A DNA stretch of 64,000 nt from Candidatus Poriferihabitaceae bacterium (GCA_965243285.1 OZ251537.1:570387-634386), one strand, 5' to 3'; positions 9,284 through 19,543 are shown, numbered from the stretch's first letter. Notes: generated from the letters alone by a model not told the origin. Made by a program: numbers and translations.

Positions 9284-9745
9284 ATGGCTCGCGTAACCGT
9301 GACTGACTGCTTAGCGCATGTCGACAATCGCTTTCAACTGGTGTTAGTCGCCTCCAAACGGGCGCGGCAACTGATCCTCGGCGCCGAGCCGCTGGTCGAG
9401 AGCAACCGCGATAAACCCACAGTGCTGGCATTGCGTGAAATCGCCGCCGGCCTGGTCGGGCCCTCCATCCTCGATGAGAAACCCATCGTCCCCGAATTGA
9501 GTTTCGACAACGACGAGGAATGGAATGAAAAACTGAATGATGAATTGATCAGTAAATTGAGCGACGAGCTGGAGAATCAACTGGACGACGAGCCGAACGC
9601 CGACGCCGATGCCGACGCCGATGCCGACGCCGATGCCGATGCCGACGCGGAAAGCCACCCGCCGCGCGGCGCATCGCTTGCGGACGATGCCGACCCATCC
9701 ACCGAAACCGCGGCCGCGGGCGAGCCGCCGTTAAGCCGCCGATGA
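9284..9745 (+). CDS. rpoZ: RNA polymerase omega subunit with long acidic C-terminal extension
   Basis: [30 protein letters not shown] is canonical RpoZ. GGAG-containing RBS upstream. gmk-rpoZ-spoT synteny. Confidence 0.9.
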   Translation: MARVTVTDCLAHVDNRFQLVLVASKRARQLILGAEPLVESNRDKPTVLALREIAAGLVGPSILDEKPIVPELSFDNDEEWNEKLNDELISKLSDELENQLDDEPNADADADADADADADADAESHPPRGASLADDADPSTETAAAGEPPLSRR

Positions 9746-9836
9746 AAACATAGCCGGCGCACGCGTCGCCCAAACCCTTGGGCGGCGCGCCCGACGGTTG
9801 GTCGTAGCGGCCGCGGTGGCGGCGCCGCGGGTGCCC

Positions 9837-12062
9837 ATGCAAAAAATCGCCATGCGCGGAATCGCCAGCAGAATCCCCTACCTCAGCCCCAGCCGCCCGG
9901 CGCTTGGCCGCTCTCCCCCTAGCCGAAATCGCATCGGCAAACCGCTGAGCGAACAAGCCGCCATCGACGATCTCATCGGCGAACTGGCGACCTACCTAGA
10001 CGCCGACGCCATCGCCAACATTCGCGAGGCGTGCCAATTCGGCATCGCCGCCCACGCCGGGCAAGTGCGCGAAAGCGGCGAAGCCTACATCCACCACCCG
10101 CTGGAGGTGGCGCGCATTCTCGGGCAAATGCGCGCCGACGGGCGCACCATCATCGCCGCCATTTTGCACGATGTGGTCGAAGACACCGCCATCACCCTGG
10201 CGCAACTGATGGCGCGCTTCGGCGATGATGTCGGCATGTTGGTGGACGGCGTCAGCAAGGTGGACGAGTTGGAACAGGAATCCAAAGCGCATGCCGAGGC
10301 GGCCTCCTTTCGCAAAATGTTCACCGCCATGTCCACCGATTATCGGGTGATTTTCATCAAATTATCCGACCGCCTGCATAACATGCGCACCCTAGGCTCG
10401 CTGCGAGAGGAGAAAAAACACCGCGTCGCCCGCCAAACCTTGGAGATTTACGCGCCCATCGCCGACCGCCTCGGCATGCGCGAATTGGCGCTGGAGTTGG
10501 CTGATTTAAGTCTGTTTAACTTAGACCCAAAACGCTATCGGGCCATCGCCAAAACCCTCAGCGCCAACTCGCGGCGGCGCCAATCCACCCTCGACGAATT
10601 GTGCGTCCACCTGAAACATGCTTTAAGCAAAGCCGGCCTCGAGGCGCGGGTGCATGGCCGCGAAAAAGAGATTTACAGCATTCATCGCAAGATGCGCCAA
10701 CAACACCTAGCGCTCAAAGATCTCCAGGACATCAACGCCATTCGCGTGGTCACCGAAAATCGCCTGCAGTGTTACCAAGCGCTCGGCATCATCCATCAGC
10801 TCTACAAACCGCGCCCGAGCAAATTCAAAGACTATATCGCCATCCCCAAAGCGAACGGTTATCAGTCGTTACATACCGTGGTCATCGATTCCATCGGGCG
10901 GCCGGTGGAGGTGCAAATCCGCAGCGACATGATGGATAAGGTGGCGAAAAACGGCCTCGCCTCGCACATCATGTATGAGATGGCGGCCACCGGCGAACAC
11001 GCCCCGGAGAAGTTAATGCGCACCGCCATCGATAACATTCTCGAATCGGCGCGCAAATCCCAAGACTTCGAGGAGTATTTCGAGAACTTGAAGGCCGAAC
11101 TGTCGCCGGACGCGGCCTATGTTTTCACTCCCAAAGGCGACATCAAGCGCCTGCCATGGGGCGCCACGGTGCTGGATTTCGCCTATGCGGTGCACACCGA
11201 CATCGGCCAGCGCTGCGTGTCGGCGCGCATCGGCCAACACATCGCCGCCGTGCACCAGGTATTAAAAGGCGGCGAGACCATCGAGATAATCACCTCGCGC
11301 ACCCGCCAGCCGCAAAAAAAATGGCTGAAATACGCGGTCACCTCCAAAGCGCGTTCGTCGATTCGCCATTTTCTCAATCAACAAAACGACAAAGAGGCCT
11401 TCACCCTCGGCCGCAAATTGCTAAAACAAGCGCTGCACGCCCAAGGCTACCGCCGCATGCGCATTCCCAGCGCGCATAAATTGGCGCTGCTGAAACATTT
11501 GCGGGTGGATGATTGGCGACCGTTGGTGCGCGACATCGGCTATGGCAAACGCGTGCCGGGGTTGGTGGCCAAGCAACTCATCGCCGAAAATCGCAGCGCC
11601 ACCGAGGCCGTGCCAACGCCGCCGGCGGCCATGATTATCGAAGGCACCGAGCGCCTGATGGTGACTTTCGCGCATTGCTGCCACCCGATTCCCGGCGACA
11701 AAATCACCGGCATCATGTTAAGCGGCCGCGGCCTCACCGTGCATCGCGCGCAATGCGTAAACCGCAAGGAAATCACCCCCCACATGGAAAATTATCATGA
11801 TTTAGCGTGGGCTGAAAACGCCAAAGGAAAATTCCAAGTGATGTTGCAAGCCGACCTCCACAACCGCCCCGGCGCCATCGCATCCATCAGCAGCGTCATC
11901 GCCCAACACAACTCCAACATTTACAACATCCAACTAGGCGAACCGCACCACGACATCATCAGCGTGCGCCTCGCCATCGAAGTGATCCACCGCCCGCACC
12001 TCGCCGCCATCATGCGTCAACTGCGGCATGAAGATTCCGTCATCAAACTGGCGCGTCCATGA
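9837..12062 (+). CDS. spoT: bifunctional (p)ppGpp synthetase/hydrolase
   Basis: HD hydrolase (HHPLEVARIL...HDVVEDT), synthetase (YIAIPKANGYQSLHT), TGS and ACT regions are collinear with E. coli SpoT. Start codon uncertain (ATG at 9837 or 9852; the ORF opens at 9798). Confidence 0.9.
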   Translation: MQKIAMRGIASRIPYLSPSRPALGRSPPSRNRIGKPLSEQAAIDDLIGELATYLDADAIANIREACQFGIAAHAGQVRESGEAYIHHPLEVARILGQMRADGRTIIAAILHDVVEDTAITLAQLMARFGDDVGMLVDGVSKVDELEQESKAHAEAASFRKMFTAMSTDYRVIFIKLSDRLHNMRTLGSLREEKKHRVARQTLEIYAPIADRLGMRELALELADLSLFNLDPKRYRAIAKTLSANSRRRQSTLDELCVHLKHALSKAGLEARVHGREKEIYSIHRKMRQQHLALKDLQDINAIRVVTENRLQCYQALGIIHQLYKPRPSKFKDYIAIPKANGYQSLHTVVIDSIGRPVEVQIRSDMMDKVAKNGLASHIMYEMAATGEHAPEKLMRTAIDNILESARKSQDFEEYFENLKAELSPDAAYVFTPKGDIKRLPWGATVLDFAYAVHTDIGQRCVSARIGQHIAAVHQVLKGGETIEIITSRTRQPQKKWLKYAVTSKARSSIRHFLNQQNDKEAFTLGRKLLKQALHAQGYRRMRIPSAHKLALLKHLRVDDWRPLVRDIGYGKRVPGLVAKQLIAENRSATEAVPTPPAAMIIEGTERLMVTFAHCCHPIPGDKITGIMLSGRGLTVHRAQCVNRKEITPHMENYHDLAWAENAKGKFQVMLQADLHNRPGAIASISSVIAQHNSNIYNIQLGEPHHDIISVRLAIEVIHRPHLAAIMRQLRHEDSVIKLARP

Positions 12063-12088
12063 CGGAAATTATCAATAGGCTAATTAAT

Positions 12089-12831
12089 GGGATTTATATA
12101 TCTAAATCCGCACGGTGGGTTTGCTTTTGATTTTGGCTTTTGCTTTTGCTTTTGCTTTTGGCTTTTGGCTGTTGATCTTCACTCCCCCCGCTTCATCATG
12201 AGGGGGAGTCAAAACTGGCATCTTTTTCGCCAGTTTTGGTGGGGGGTTTTGATCTGGCTTTCGCTTTTGATGTTGATTTTCGCTTTTCGCTTTTGATTTT
12301 GGCTTTTGCTTTTTTGTTTTTGCCTTTAAATCTTCAACTCATTAGACCAAATGAGGGCAAGTAAAAATCAAAAGCGAAGTCAAAAGCGAAGTCAAAAGCG
12401 AAAAGCAACAGTCCCCCCACCAAATCAGGCGATAAGGCCGCCTGATTTGACTCCCCCCAGATGAAGCACGGGGGGGAGTAAAGCGTTAAAAGCCAAAGCC
12501 AAAAGCAAAAGCCAAAGCAAAAGCCAAAGCCAAAAGCAAAAGCAAAAGCCAAAGCAAAAGCAAAATCAAAAGCTAACATCAAAAGCCAAATCAAAAGCTA
12601 ACATCAAAAGCTAACATCAAAAGCACCCCCCACCAAAACTGGCGATGTAGCCGCCAGTTTTGGCTCCCCCCTAAAAAGATAGGGTGGAGCGAAGCCTTAA
12701 CAGCAACAGCAAAAGCAAAAATCAAAATCAAACGCCAAAATCAAAAGCAAAAATCAAACGCAGCCGCCCTAAATCAGTCGCTGACCTCAAAAAAACGCCA
12801 ATCGAACTGCAGATTTAGGTATATAAACCCC
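12089..12831 (+). mobile_element. full-length MITE-like element (743 bp)
   Basis: Left TIR GGGATTTATATATCTAAATCCGCACGGTGGG. Right end ...CCCTAAATCAGTCGCTGACCTCAAAAAAACGCCAATCGAACTGCAGATTTAGGTATATAAACCCC. T-rich GCTTTT arm, central TTAAATCTTCAACTCATTAG module and A-rich AAAAGC arm. No ORF of coding quality. Confidence 0.85.
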
Positions 12832-13109
12832 AAAACAAAAGCCAAAGCCAAAGCCAAAAAGCAAAAGCCAAGTCAAAATCAAAAGGCCCCCCACCAAAAC
12901 TGGCGAAAAAGCCGCCAGTTTTGACTCCCCCCAGATGAAGCACGGGGGGGAGTAAAGCGTTAAAAACCAAAGCCAAAGCCAAAGCCAAAGCCAAAACCAA
13001 AACCAAAGCCAAAACCCAAAGCAAAAATCAAAGCCAAAGCAAAAATCCAAAAAACAAAATCGCCCCCCCAATAGCAACCTACCAATGGGGATTTAGGTAT
13101 ATAACTCCC
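12832..13109 (+). repeat. MITE-related fragment with variant right end, abutting the previous element
   Basis: AAAAGC-type arm plus a hairpin module, ending ...TAGCAACCTACCAATGGGGATTTAGGTATATAACTCCC. No left TIR. Confidence 0.7.
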
Positions 13110-13139
13110 TAAATTTTCATGGCGGTCTTGCATGAATAA

Positions 13140-13634
13140 ATGAATCCGCATCGCATCGACATCCACCTCCCCAGCCAGCGTTTGGAGTTGCGTGCGGTCG
13201 CGCAGCCGGACATACCGTTGCGGGTGTACGCCATCTCCAGCGCCGCCAATGGCTGCGGCGAGATCATGCACAGCGAGCGCACGCCGCGTGGCCGCCACCT
13301 CATTCGCGCCAAAATTGGCGCCGGCGCGCCCTTGGGCAGCGTGTTCGTCGGGCGGCGGCGCAGCGGTGAAATATTCAGCGCGCAAGCCCGCGCCGCGGCC
13401 CCAAACCGTGATTGGATATTGACGCGCATCCTGTGGCTGAGCGGCTGCCAGCCGGGCTTCAATCGCTTAGGCGCGGTGGACACCATGCGCCGCTACATCT
13501 ACCTACACGGCGCCGCGGACGATGTGGAAATGGGGCAAGCCGGCTCGCGTGGCTGCATTCGTATGCGCAATGATGAGATCGCCGAGTTGTTCGATTTAGT
13601 CGACATCGGCACGCCGGTACATATCCATGGTTGA
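13140..13634 (+). CDS. L,D-transpeptidase (YkuD) domain protein
   Basis: C-terminal LHGAAD...GQAGSRGCIRMRNDEIAELF is the YkuD catalytic H...GC(I/V)R motif. Confidence 0.75.
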   Translation: MNPHRIDIHLPSQRLELRAVAQPDIPLRVYAISSAANGCGEIMHSERTPRGRHLIRAKIGAGAPLGSVFVGRRRSGEIFSAQARAAAPNRDWILTRILWLSGCQPGFNRLGAVDTMRRYIYLHGAADDVEMGQAGSRGCIRMRNDEIAELFDLVDIGTPVHIHG

Positions 13635-14727
13635 AATGGCCAGCGCCACTTCCCCTACCGCCGCAACCGTATCGAAGCCGAGCCAACTCCCTCTCGGCCC
13701 GCTGATGGTGGATGTGCGCGGCGCCGAGTTGCGCGCCGAGGAGGCGGATTTTTTGCGCCATCCGGCGGTGGGCGCGGTCATTTTGTTCGCCCGCAACTGC
13801 CATGAGCCGGCGCAGGTGGCAGCCCTGACGCGCGCCATCCATGCCTTGCGCGCGCCGCCGTTGTGGGTGGCGGTGGACCAAGAGGGCGGGCGCGTGCAGC
13901 GCTTGACTAACGGGTTTTATGCCTTGCCGGCCGCGGCCCGCCTCGGCGCGCTATACGACCGCGACCGCGAAATGGGGGTGGCGATGGCGAGTGCCGCCGG
14001 CTGCCTGATGGCGGCGCAAGTGCGCCAAGTGGGGGTGGATTTCAGTTTCGCGCCGGTGTTGGATTGCCAGCGCCCGGGCAGCCAAGTATTGGGCGACCGC
14101 GCCTTTCACGCCCAACCGTCGAGCATCTGCGCCATCGCCGGGGCCTACATCGCCGGCATGCGCCGCGCCGGCATGGCCGCCACCGCCAAACACTTCCCCG
14201 GCCACGGCGGCGTCGAGGCCGACTCTCACACCGAACTGCCGGTGGATTCGCGTCCCTTATCGGCCCTGAAAAAACGCGATTTATGGCCTTTTGCGCAGTT
14301 GGCCGACCAACTCGGCGGCGTGATGACCGCGCATGTGTTGTTTGGCAAAATCCATGCCGATTTACCCACCTACTCGCCCTTTTGGCTGCGCGACATTTTA
14401 CGCACCCGACTCGGCTTCGCCGGCGTCATTTTTAGCGATGACTTGAGCATGAAAGGCGCCGCCGGCCATCTTGCCAACCCGGCCAGCAACCTCGCCGCCG
14501 ACGATGGCAACCTTGGCATCCGCGCCCAACGCGCCTTAGCCGCCGGCTGCGATATGGCGTTGATTTGCAACGCCCCAGAAGCCGCGCGTCGCGCCGCCGA
14601 CCACTTAGGCCAGCAACATCGCCCCGACTCATCCCGCTTAGCCGCCATGCAAGCCCGCGCCGCCGACATACCCACCGCCGAATTAGCCAAAATGGCGACA
14701 GATTTAGACCGCGAATTGCCCGCCTAA
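13627..14727 (+). CDS. nagZ: beta-N-acetylhexosaminidase (GH3)
   Basis: LMVDVRG..L..EEADFLRHP, VDQEGGRVQRL and KHFPGHGGVEADSH motifs of NagZ. Confidence 0.85.
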   Translation: MVEMASATSPTAATVSKPSQLPLGPLMVDVRGAELRAEEADFLRHPAVGAVILFARNCHEPAQVAALTRAIHALRAPPLWVAVDQEGGRVQRLTNGFYALPAAARLGALYDRDREMGVAMASAAGCLMAAQVRQVGVDFSFAPVLDCQRPGSQVLGDRAFHAQPSSICAIAGAYIAGMRRAGMAATAKHFPGHGGVEADSHTELPVDSRPLSALKKRDLWPFAQLADQLGGVMTAHVLFGKIHADLPTYSPFWLRDILRTRLGFAGVIFSDDLSMKGAAGHLANPASNLAADDGNLGIRAQRALAAGCDMALICNAPEAARRAADHLGQQHRPDSSRLAAMQARAADIPTAELAKMATDLDRELPA

Positions 14728-14739
14728 ACCATCCCAAAC

Positions 14740-14850
14740 TCGCTAAACCGACATTTCAGCCAAATTTCAGCCAAATTCGATCAAATTCGACCAAATTTAA
14801 GCGAAATTTACCGAATTTCACCTAAATTCACCGATTTTCCGTCAACTCCA
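14740..14850. repeat. phased A/T-tract array (10-11 bp period)
   Basis: CAGCCAAATTT CAGCCAAATTC GATCAAATTC GACCAAATTTA AGCGAAATTTA CCGAATTTCA CCTAAATTCA CCGATTTT, lying between convergent nagZ and the RND gene. Confidence 0.8.
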
Positions 14851-14867
14851 TCGCCATCCCCGCCACC

Positions 14868-17800
14868 TCACCCCCTTCTCCCCCGCCAAGCCGTACGAAT
14901 GCCCGCGTCGGCATTCTCATACACCAACAACAGCGACGGAATCACAATCAACACCAGCAGCGTGGCGAAGGCCAAGCCGAAGGCGATGGTGGTGGCCATG
15001 GGGATGAGAAATTGCGCCTGCAGCGAGGTTTCGAACAACAGCGGCGACAAGCCGGCGATGGTGGTGAGCGAGGTGAGCAGCACCGCCCGCAGGCGGCGGC
15101 AGGCGGCTTCGATGACGGCTTCGCGCGCCGCCCATCCGCGCCCGCGCAGGCGCTTGTAGAACACCACCAGGATGATGGAATCATTGACCACGATGCCCGA
15201 GAGCGCGAAAAAGCCGAACAGCGACAGCACCGTGACCTCCTGCCCCATCAGCACATGCCCCCACACCGCGCCGACCAAGCCGAACGGGATGACGGCCATC
15301 ACCACCACCGGTAAGCCGTACGAGCCGAACACCCACGCTAATACCAAGTAAATCAGCGCCAACGCCAGCAGCAGCCCGGTCTGCATATCGCCCAAGGTTT
15401 CGGTTTGCTCGGCGGCGCGGCCGCCGAATGAAAATTCCACGCCGTAGCGGTCAGCCAGTTGCGGCAAGATATCGGCCTCGAGGGCGGCGCGGATGCGGCC
15501 GGCGGTAGCGATGGTGTGGTCCACGCTGGCGGTGACGGTGATGCTGAGTTTGCCGTCCACATGCAGAATCGACTCGAAACCGCGCTCGGCGCTTAGGTCG
15601 ACTAAATTGCCTAACGGCGCGGCGTTGCCACCGGGCAGCACGATGGGAACTTGCGCCAAGCCACCCAGGGTGTCGCGCTCGGCCGGCGGCAGCGACACCC
15701 GCACCGTGATATCGCGATAGCCGTCCGACAATTCCAGTGCCTCGTAGCCGGTGTAGGCGGCGCGCAACTGGCGCGACACCTCGTCCACGCTCAGGCCCAG
15801 CGATTCGGCGGTGGGGGTGAGGCGCAGCAGCCATTGTTCGCGGCCATAGGGTGAATCATCGCCGATGCCGTTGACCCCGGGGATGGCCGCCAGCGCCGCC
15901 TGCAGTTGTAGCGCGGCCTTTTTTACCCGGGCGAGGTCGGGGCCGGAGATTTCGAGGTCGATATCCCGCCCCGGCGGGCCGGCTTGGGGTTCTAAGATAG
16001 CCAGGCTCTCGAGGCCCGGCCGCGGCGGCAGTTTGCTTTGCCAGGCGGCAATTAAATCTCGATTGCGGGTGTTTCGTTGGTCGGAATCCACCAACTCGAC
16101 GCGCACCCGGCCGGTGTGTTCGCCGTGGTGATGCAGCAATATCATGGCGATGAATGGTTCGCCGGATTCGGCCTCGATTTCGCCCATGGCGGCGGCCGCT
16201 TGCGCCAAATAATCGGTCACCGTGTCCGGCGGCGTGCCGGCCGCAAAACCGACTTGCGCGTATACCTGATTGCCCTCGCCCAACGGAAAAAAATGGAAGC
16301 CGATGCGCCCGGCTTGCATCCAGCCGAAGGTGAGGATGAGCGCCGCCGCCGCCGCCGCCAAAGTACTCCAGCGATGCCGCACCGCCAGGGTCAGCAGCGG
16401 GCGAAACCACGCCTCGCGAAATTGCGCGAAGGCGGCATCCAAAGCGCGTCGGGCGCGTTTTGGGCGATATTCGCCCAGGCTGCGAAAGGAATGCGTCAGA
16501 TGCCCCGGCAAAATCAAAAAACACTCGACCAGCGAAGCCACAATGATGCAAATCACCACCGTTGGAATCGCCCGCATGATGGTGCCGATGATGCCGCCCA
16601 CCAGCAGCAGCGGCATGAAGGCGGCGATGGTGGTCAGCGACGATGCGCACACCAGTCCGAGCATGCGGCGCGCCGCTTTCTCCGAGGCCGCGCTGGGCGC
16701 GGCGCCGCGTTCGTATTGCGACATGGCTTCCTCGCCCACCACGATGGCGTCGTCTACGATGATGCCGAGCGCCATAATCATGCCGAACAGGCTGATCATG
16801 TTGAGCGAGCCGCCGACCAAATACAGCGCCGCCATGGCGCCCATAAAGGACACCGGAATGCCCACCGCGGTCCACCACGCCACCCGCCCGTTCATAAATA
16901 AAAACAGGATCAACACCACCAACAATAGGCCGCCGAGGCCGTTTTTCAGCAATAGGTCGATGCGCTCGCGCAGCAATTCCCAGCTTTGGTTGTACGGCAA
17001 CAGCGCCACGCCCGGCGGCAAAGTCGGGCGCGTCTCGCGCAGCCAGTCGCTGAAAATAGTGGCGGCCTCGAGGCTGTCGCCGCCGGCGGCGCGGCGCAAC
17101 GACATACGCACTGCCGGGCCGCCGTTATGGGTGATGGTGGGCTGGCCGGTGGCCGCTTTGCGCTCGATGTGGGCGATGGAACCTAAGCTCAGCAGCCGCC
17201 CACCGGAGGCCGCCACCGGCACCGATTCGAACGCCAGCGCGGTTTGCCGGCGCTCGCGAAAACGCAGCTGCCGCGACACTTCGGCCTGCCCGACCACGCC
17301 CACCGGCGCGTCCTTCGACCACGCCGCCACCCGCCGCCCGATAGCGTCCAGCGACAGCCCCAGCCGGCGCAGCTGGTGGGATGGGATTTCGATGGCGATT
17401 TCCTCCTTCGGCAGCCCGGTGATTTGAATCGAGGCGATGCCGCGCGCCAGCAATTCGCGCTCAAAGCGCCGCACTAACGGGCGCAAATCATCGATATCGG
17501 CCGGCCCGGCGACCAGCAAACTGGCGATCTCCTCGTAATTTTGCAGCTGAGCGACGCGCGGCCGTTCGCTGCCCTCGGGCAAACCGCTGGCGGCATCCAC
17601 CTGCGCCTTGACGCGCGCCACCGCCAGTTCGATGTCGGCATCTTCGGCAAATTCTAAGGTGATGCGCGAATTCGCCTCGCTGGAGGTCGAGGTGATGCGT
17701 TTGACCGCATCGATGGCGCGCAAATCTTGCTCCAGCGGGGTGGTGATCAGGGCCTCGATATCGCCGGCGCTGGCGCCGCGCCACAGCGTGGTAACCGACA

Positions 17801-17980
17801 CCCTATCGACGCTAAAACTGGGGAAAAACTGGGTGTTGAGTTGCTTTACGCCCCAAACCCGGCCAGCAGCAACATCGCCATCAATAAATTCGCCGCCACC
17901 GGATGGTTGCAGAAAATGCCGAGCAAGCCGCCTCGGCTGGTGGCGCCGGCCTGGTCTTCGGTCTGGCGTGGCTCGCTCAT
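14868..17980 (-). pseudogene. RND (AcrB/HAE1-like) efflux transporter, N-terminal TM1 in a different frame (frameshift or sequencing error)
   Basis: The 1048-aa ORF has RND 12-TM architecture, but its first ~55 aa are Arg-rich nonsense. The true N-terminus MSEPRQTEDQAGATSRGGLLGIFCNHPVAANLLMAMLLLAGFGA is read from ATG 17980 and hits TAA at 17846-17848. The frames meet at the G-run near 17850-17860. Confidence 0.8.
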
Positions 17981-18213
17981 GGCGTCGTCCGTGGCGCGTC
18001 CATGTCCATGGCATCGCGCGGCGGCGTCATACGACGGTCATCACAACCGAAGCGGTGATGATTAATTAAGGTGCCGATGGTCGACATGTAATAGGTTTAA
18101 TCGAGGTACTGCCGTGGCCGGCAAAACGCCATCGCACGCCCTAAAAGTTGGGCCGGGAATGCCGCGCAAATTGCCGCTCATGCTCATGCGCATGCTGCTC
18201 GCCGACCTCCACA

Positions 18214-19515
18214 TTACCGCGCCACCCGCACTTTCAAGCCGTCCACGGCTTGCGGCAGGCGCGAGTTCAGCACTTGGTCGCCGGCCGCAAAAGCTGCGGC
18301 GGCGATGATCAATTTAGGCGGCCCGGCGCCGTCATGCACCAGCCCCAAGCGGCGCACCTCGATGGCTTGCAAAACGCCATCGCGCACCCGAAAAACTCGG
18401 TCGTTGCCGTATAGCGAATCGGTCGGCAACAGCACCACATTGTCGACCGGCGGCAATTCCAGATGCATCTCCAGCGCCTCGCCCAGCGCCGGCAGCGGCC
18501 CTTGGGCGACGCGGAAAAACCCATCGATGCCGCTTTGCCCGGCCACCACATTGGCCGCCAAACGGTGCAGCGTCAGGGTGATAGCGGCGCCGTTGGCATC
18601 GGCGGCGGCGGTCACCGCCTGGCGCGCATCGACCGCCTGGCGCAAGGCCGGCAGATGCGCGGCCGGCACTTGGGCCCGCACTTCGAGCTGGGAATCATCG
18701 TACATGCGCAGCAGCGGGCTGTTGGGCGCGACGCGATCGCCCTCGGATACCAGCACCTCGAGCACGCGCCCGGTGAATGGCGCCAACACGCGGCTTCGCG
18801 CTTGGGCGCGCTCGGCTTGTTTGAGGGCCGCGGCGGCGCGCTGGCGACGCGCTTGCAATTGGCGGCGGCGGGCGCCGGCCTCGTCGATGGCCAAGCGGCG
18901 TTTGGCTAAATCCAACAGGCGGCGTTGTTCCACCTCGCGGGTTTGGTCTAACGCGGCCTCGCTGCCGGCTTGGGTGCGCGCCAGTTGCTCGGCGCGCTGC
19001 ACGGCGCGGCGCGCCAGGGCGAGCAGGGCTTGCTCCGCCTGCAGCGCGGTTTGGTCGGCTTGTAGTCGAATGTGGTCGCTGTCGATGCGCGCCGCCGCTT
19101 CGGCCAGCTCGCTGCGGCGCTGCAAGACCACCAGCGCCGCATCGGCGTCGTCCAACACCATCATCTCTTGCCCGCGTTGCACGGCGGCGCCTTCGAGGGC
19201 TTTGATGGCGACGACATCGGCCTCGATGCCAGCCGTCAGCACGCTGGTGCGCGGCGATTCCACCTGCCCAAAAACCCGCAGCATGGGCGAGGCGGTGGTC
19301 GGCGACACCACCTGCACCGATACCACCGGCGCCCGGTCTGCGCTCGGCGGCGCCGGCGGCGGCTCGCCGGTGGCCGAAAATAGCGCCACCGCCACCGCGG
19401 CCAGCAACAGAATCAACAGCGGCACGCCGATTTTTCGCAACCACTTTTTGGCGTCGAGCTTGGTTAATCGACTGGTGTTGCGCCAGGATGATTCGGGCAT
19501 GGGTTTTGGCGGCAA
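18214..19515 (-). CDS. efflux membrane-fusion (HlyD/periplasmic adaptor) protein
   Basis: N-terminal TM anchor, long Ala/Arg/Gln coiled coil, then ...VLAPFTGRVLEVLVSEGDRV. Lies directly upstream of the RND pump. Confidence 0.8.
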   Translation of the reverse strand: MPPKPMPESSWRNTSRLTKLDAKKWLRKIGVPLLILLLAAVAVALFSATGEPPPAPPSADRAPVVSVQVVSPTTASPMLRVFGQVESPRTSVLTAGIEADVVAIKALEGAAVQRGQEMMVLDDADAALVVLQRRSELAEAAARIDSDHIRLQADQTALQAEQALLALARRAVQRAEQLARTQAGSEAALDQTREVEQRRLLDLAKRRLAIDEAGARRRQLQARRQRAAAALKQAERAQARSRVLAPFTGRVLEVLVSEGDRVAPNSPLLRMYDDSQLEVRAQVPAAHLPALRQAVDARQAVTAAADANGAAITLTLHRLAANVVAGQSGIDGFFRVAQGPLPALGEALEMHLELPPVDNVVLLPTDSLYGNDRVFRVRDGVLQAIEVRRLGLVHDGAGPPKLIIAAAAFAAGDQVLNSRLPQAVDGLKVRVAR

Positions 19516-19543
19516 TATCCGCGGTGTTTTCTAGCAAAAGTTA

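Noticed and set aside
12087-13077. ORFs inside repeat clusters, e.g. 12087-12296, 12334-12594, 12787-13077, 25293-25918, 28017-28257, 36963-37224 and 45181-45522 (F/G/L/W-rich or K/A/S/Q/H-rich translations)
   Set aside because: Their composition is dictated by GCTTTT/AAAAGC-type microsatellites. The ORFs appear on both strands of the same repeats, start inside TIRs, and have no RBS or domain signal, so they are treated as non-coding.
15856-19534. Long alternative-frame or antisense ORFs over the RND/MFP genes (15856-16878, 16270-17427, 18305-19534, 18695-19537), with similar ones over parB (60377-61510), the 570-aa gene (26168-26911) and the LysR gene (29681-30535)
   Set aside because: They are Arg/Pro/Ala-rich translations typical of GC-rich shadow frames, and each overlaps a gene with clear family motifs.
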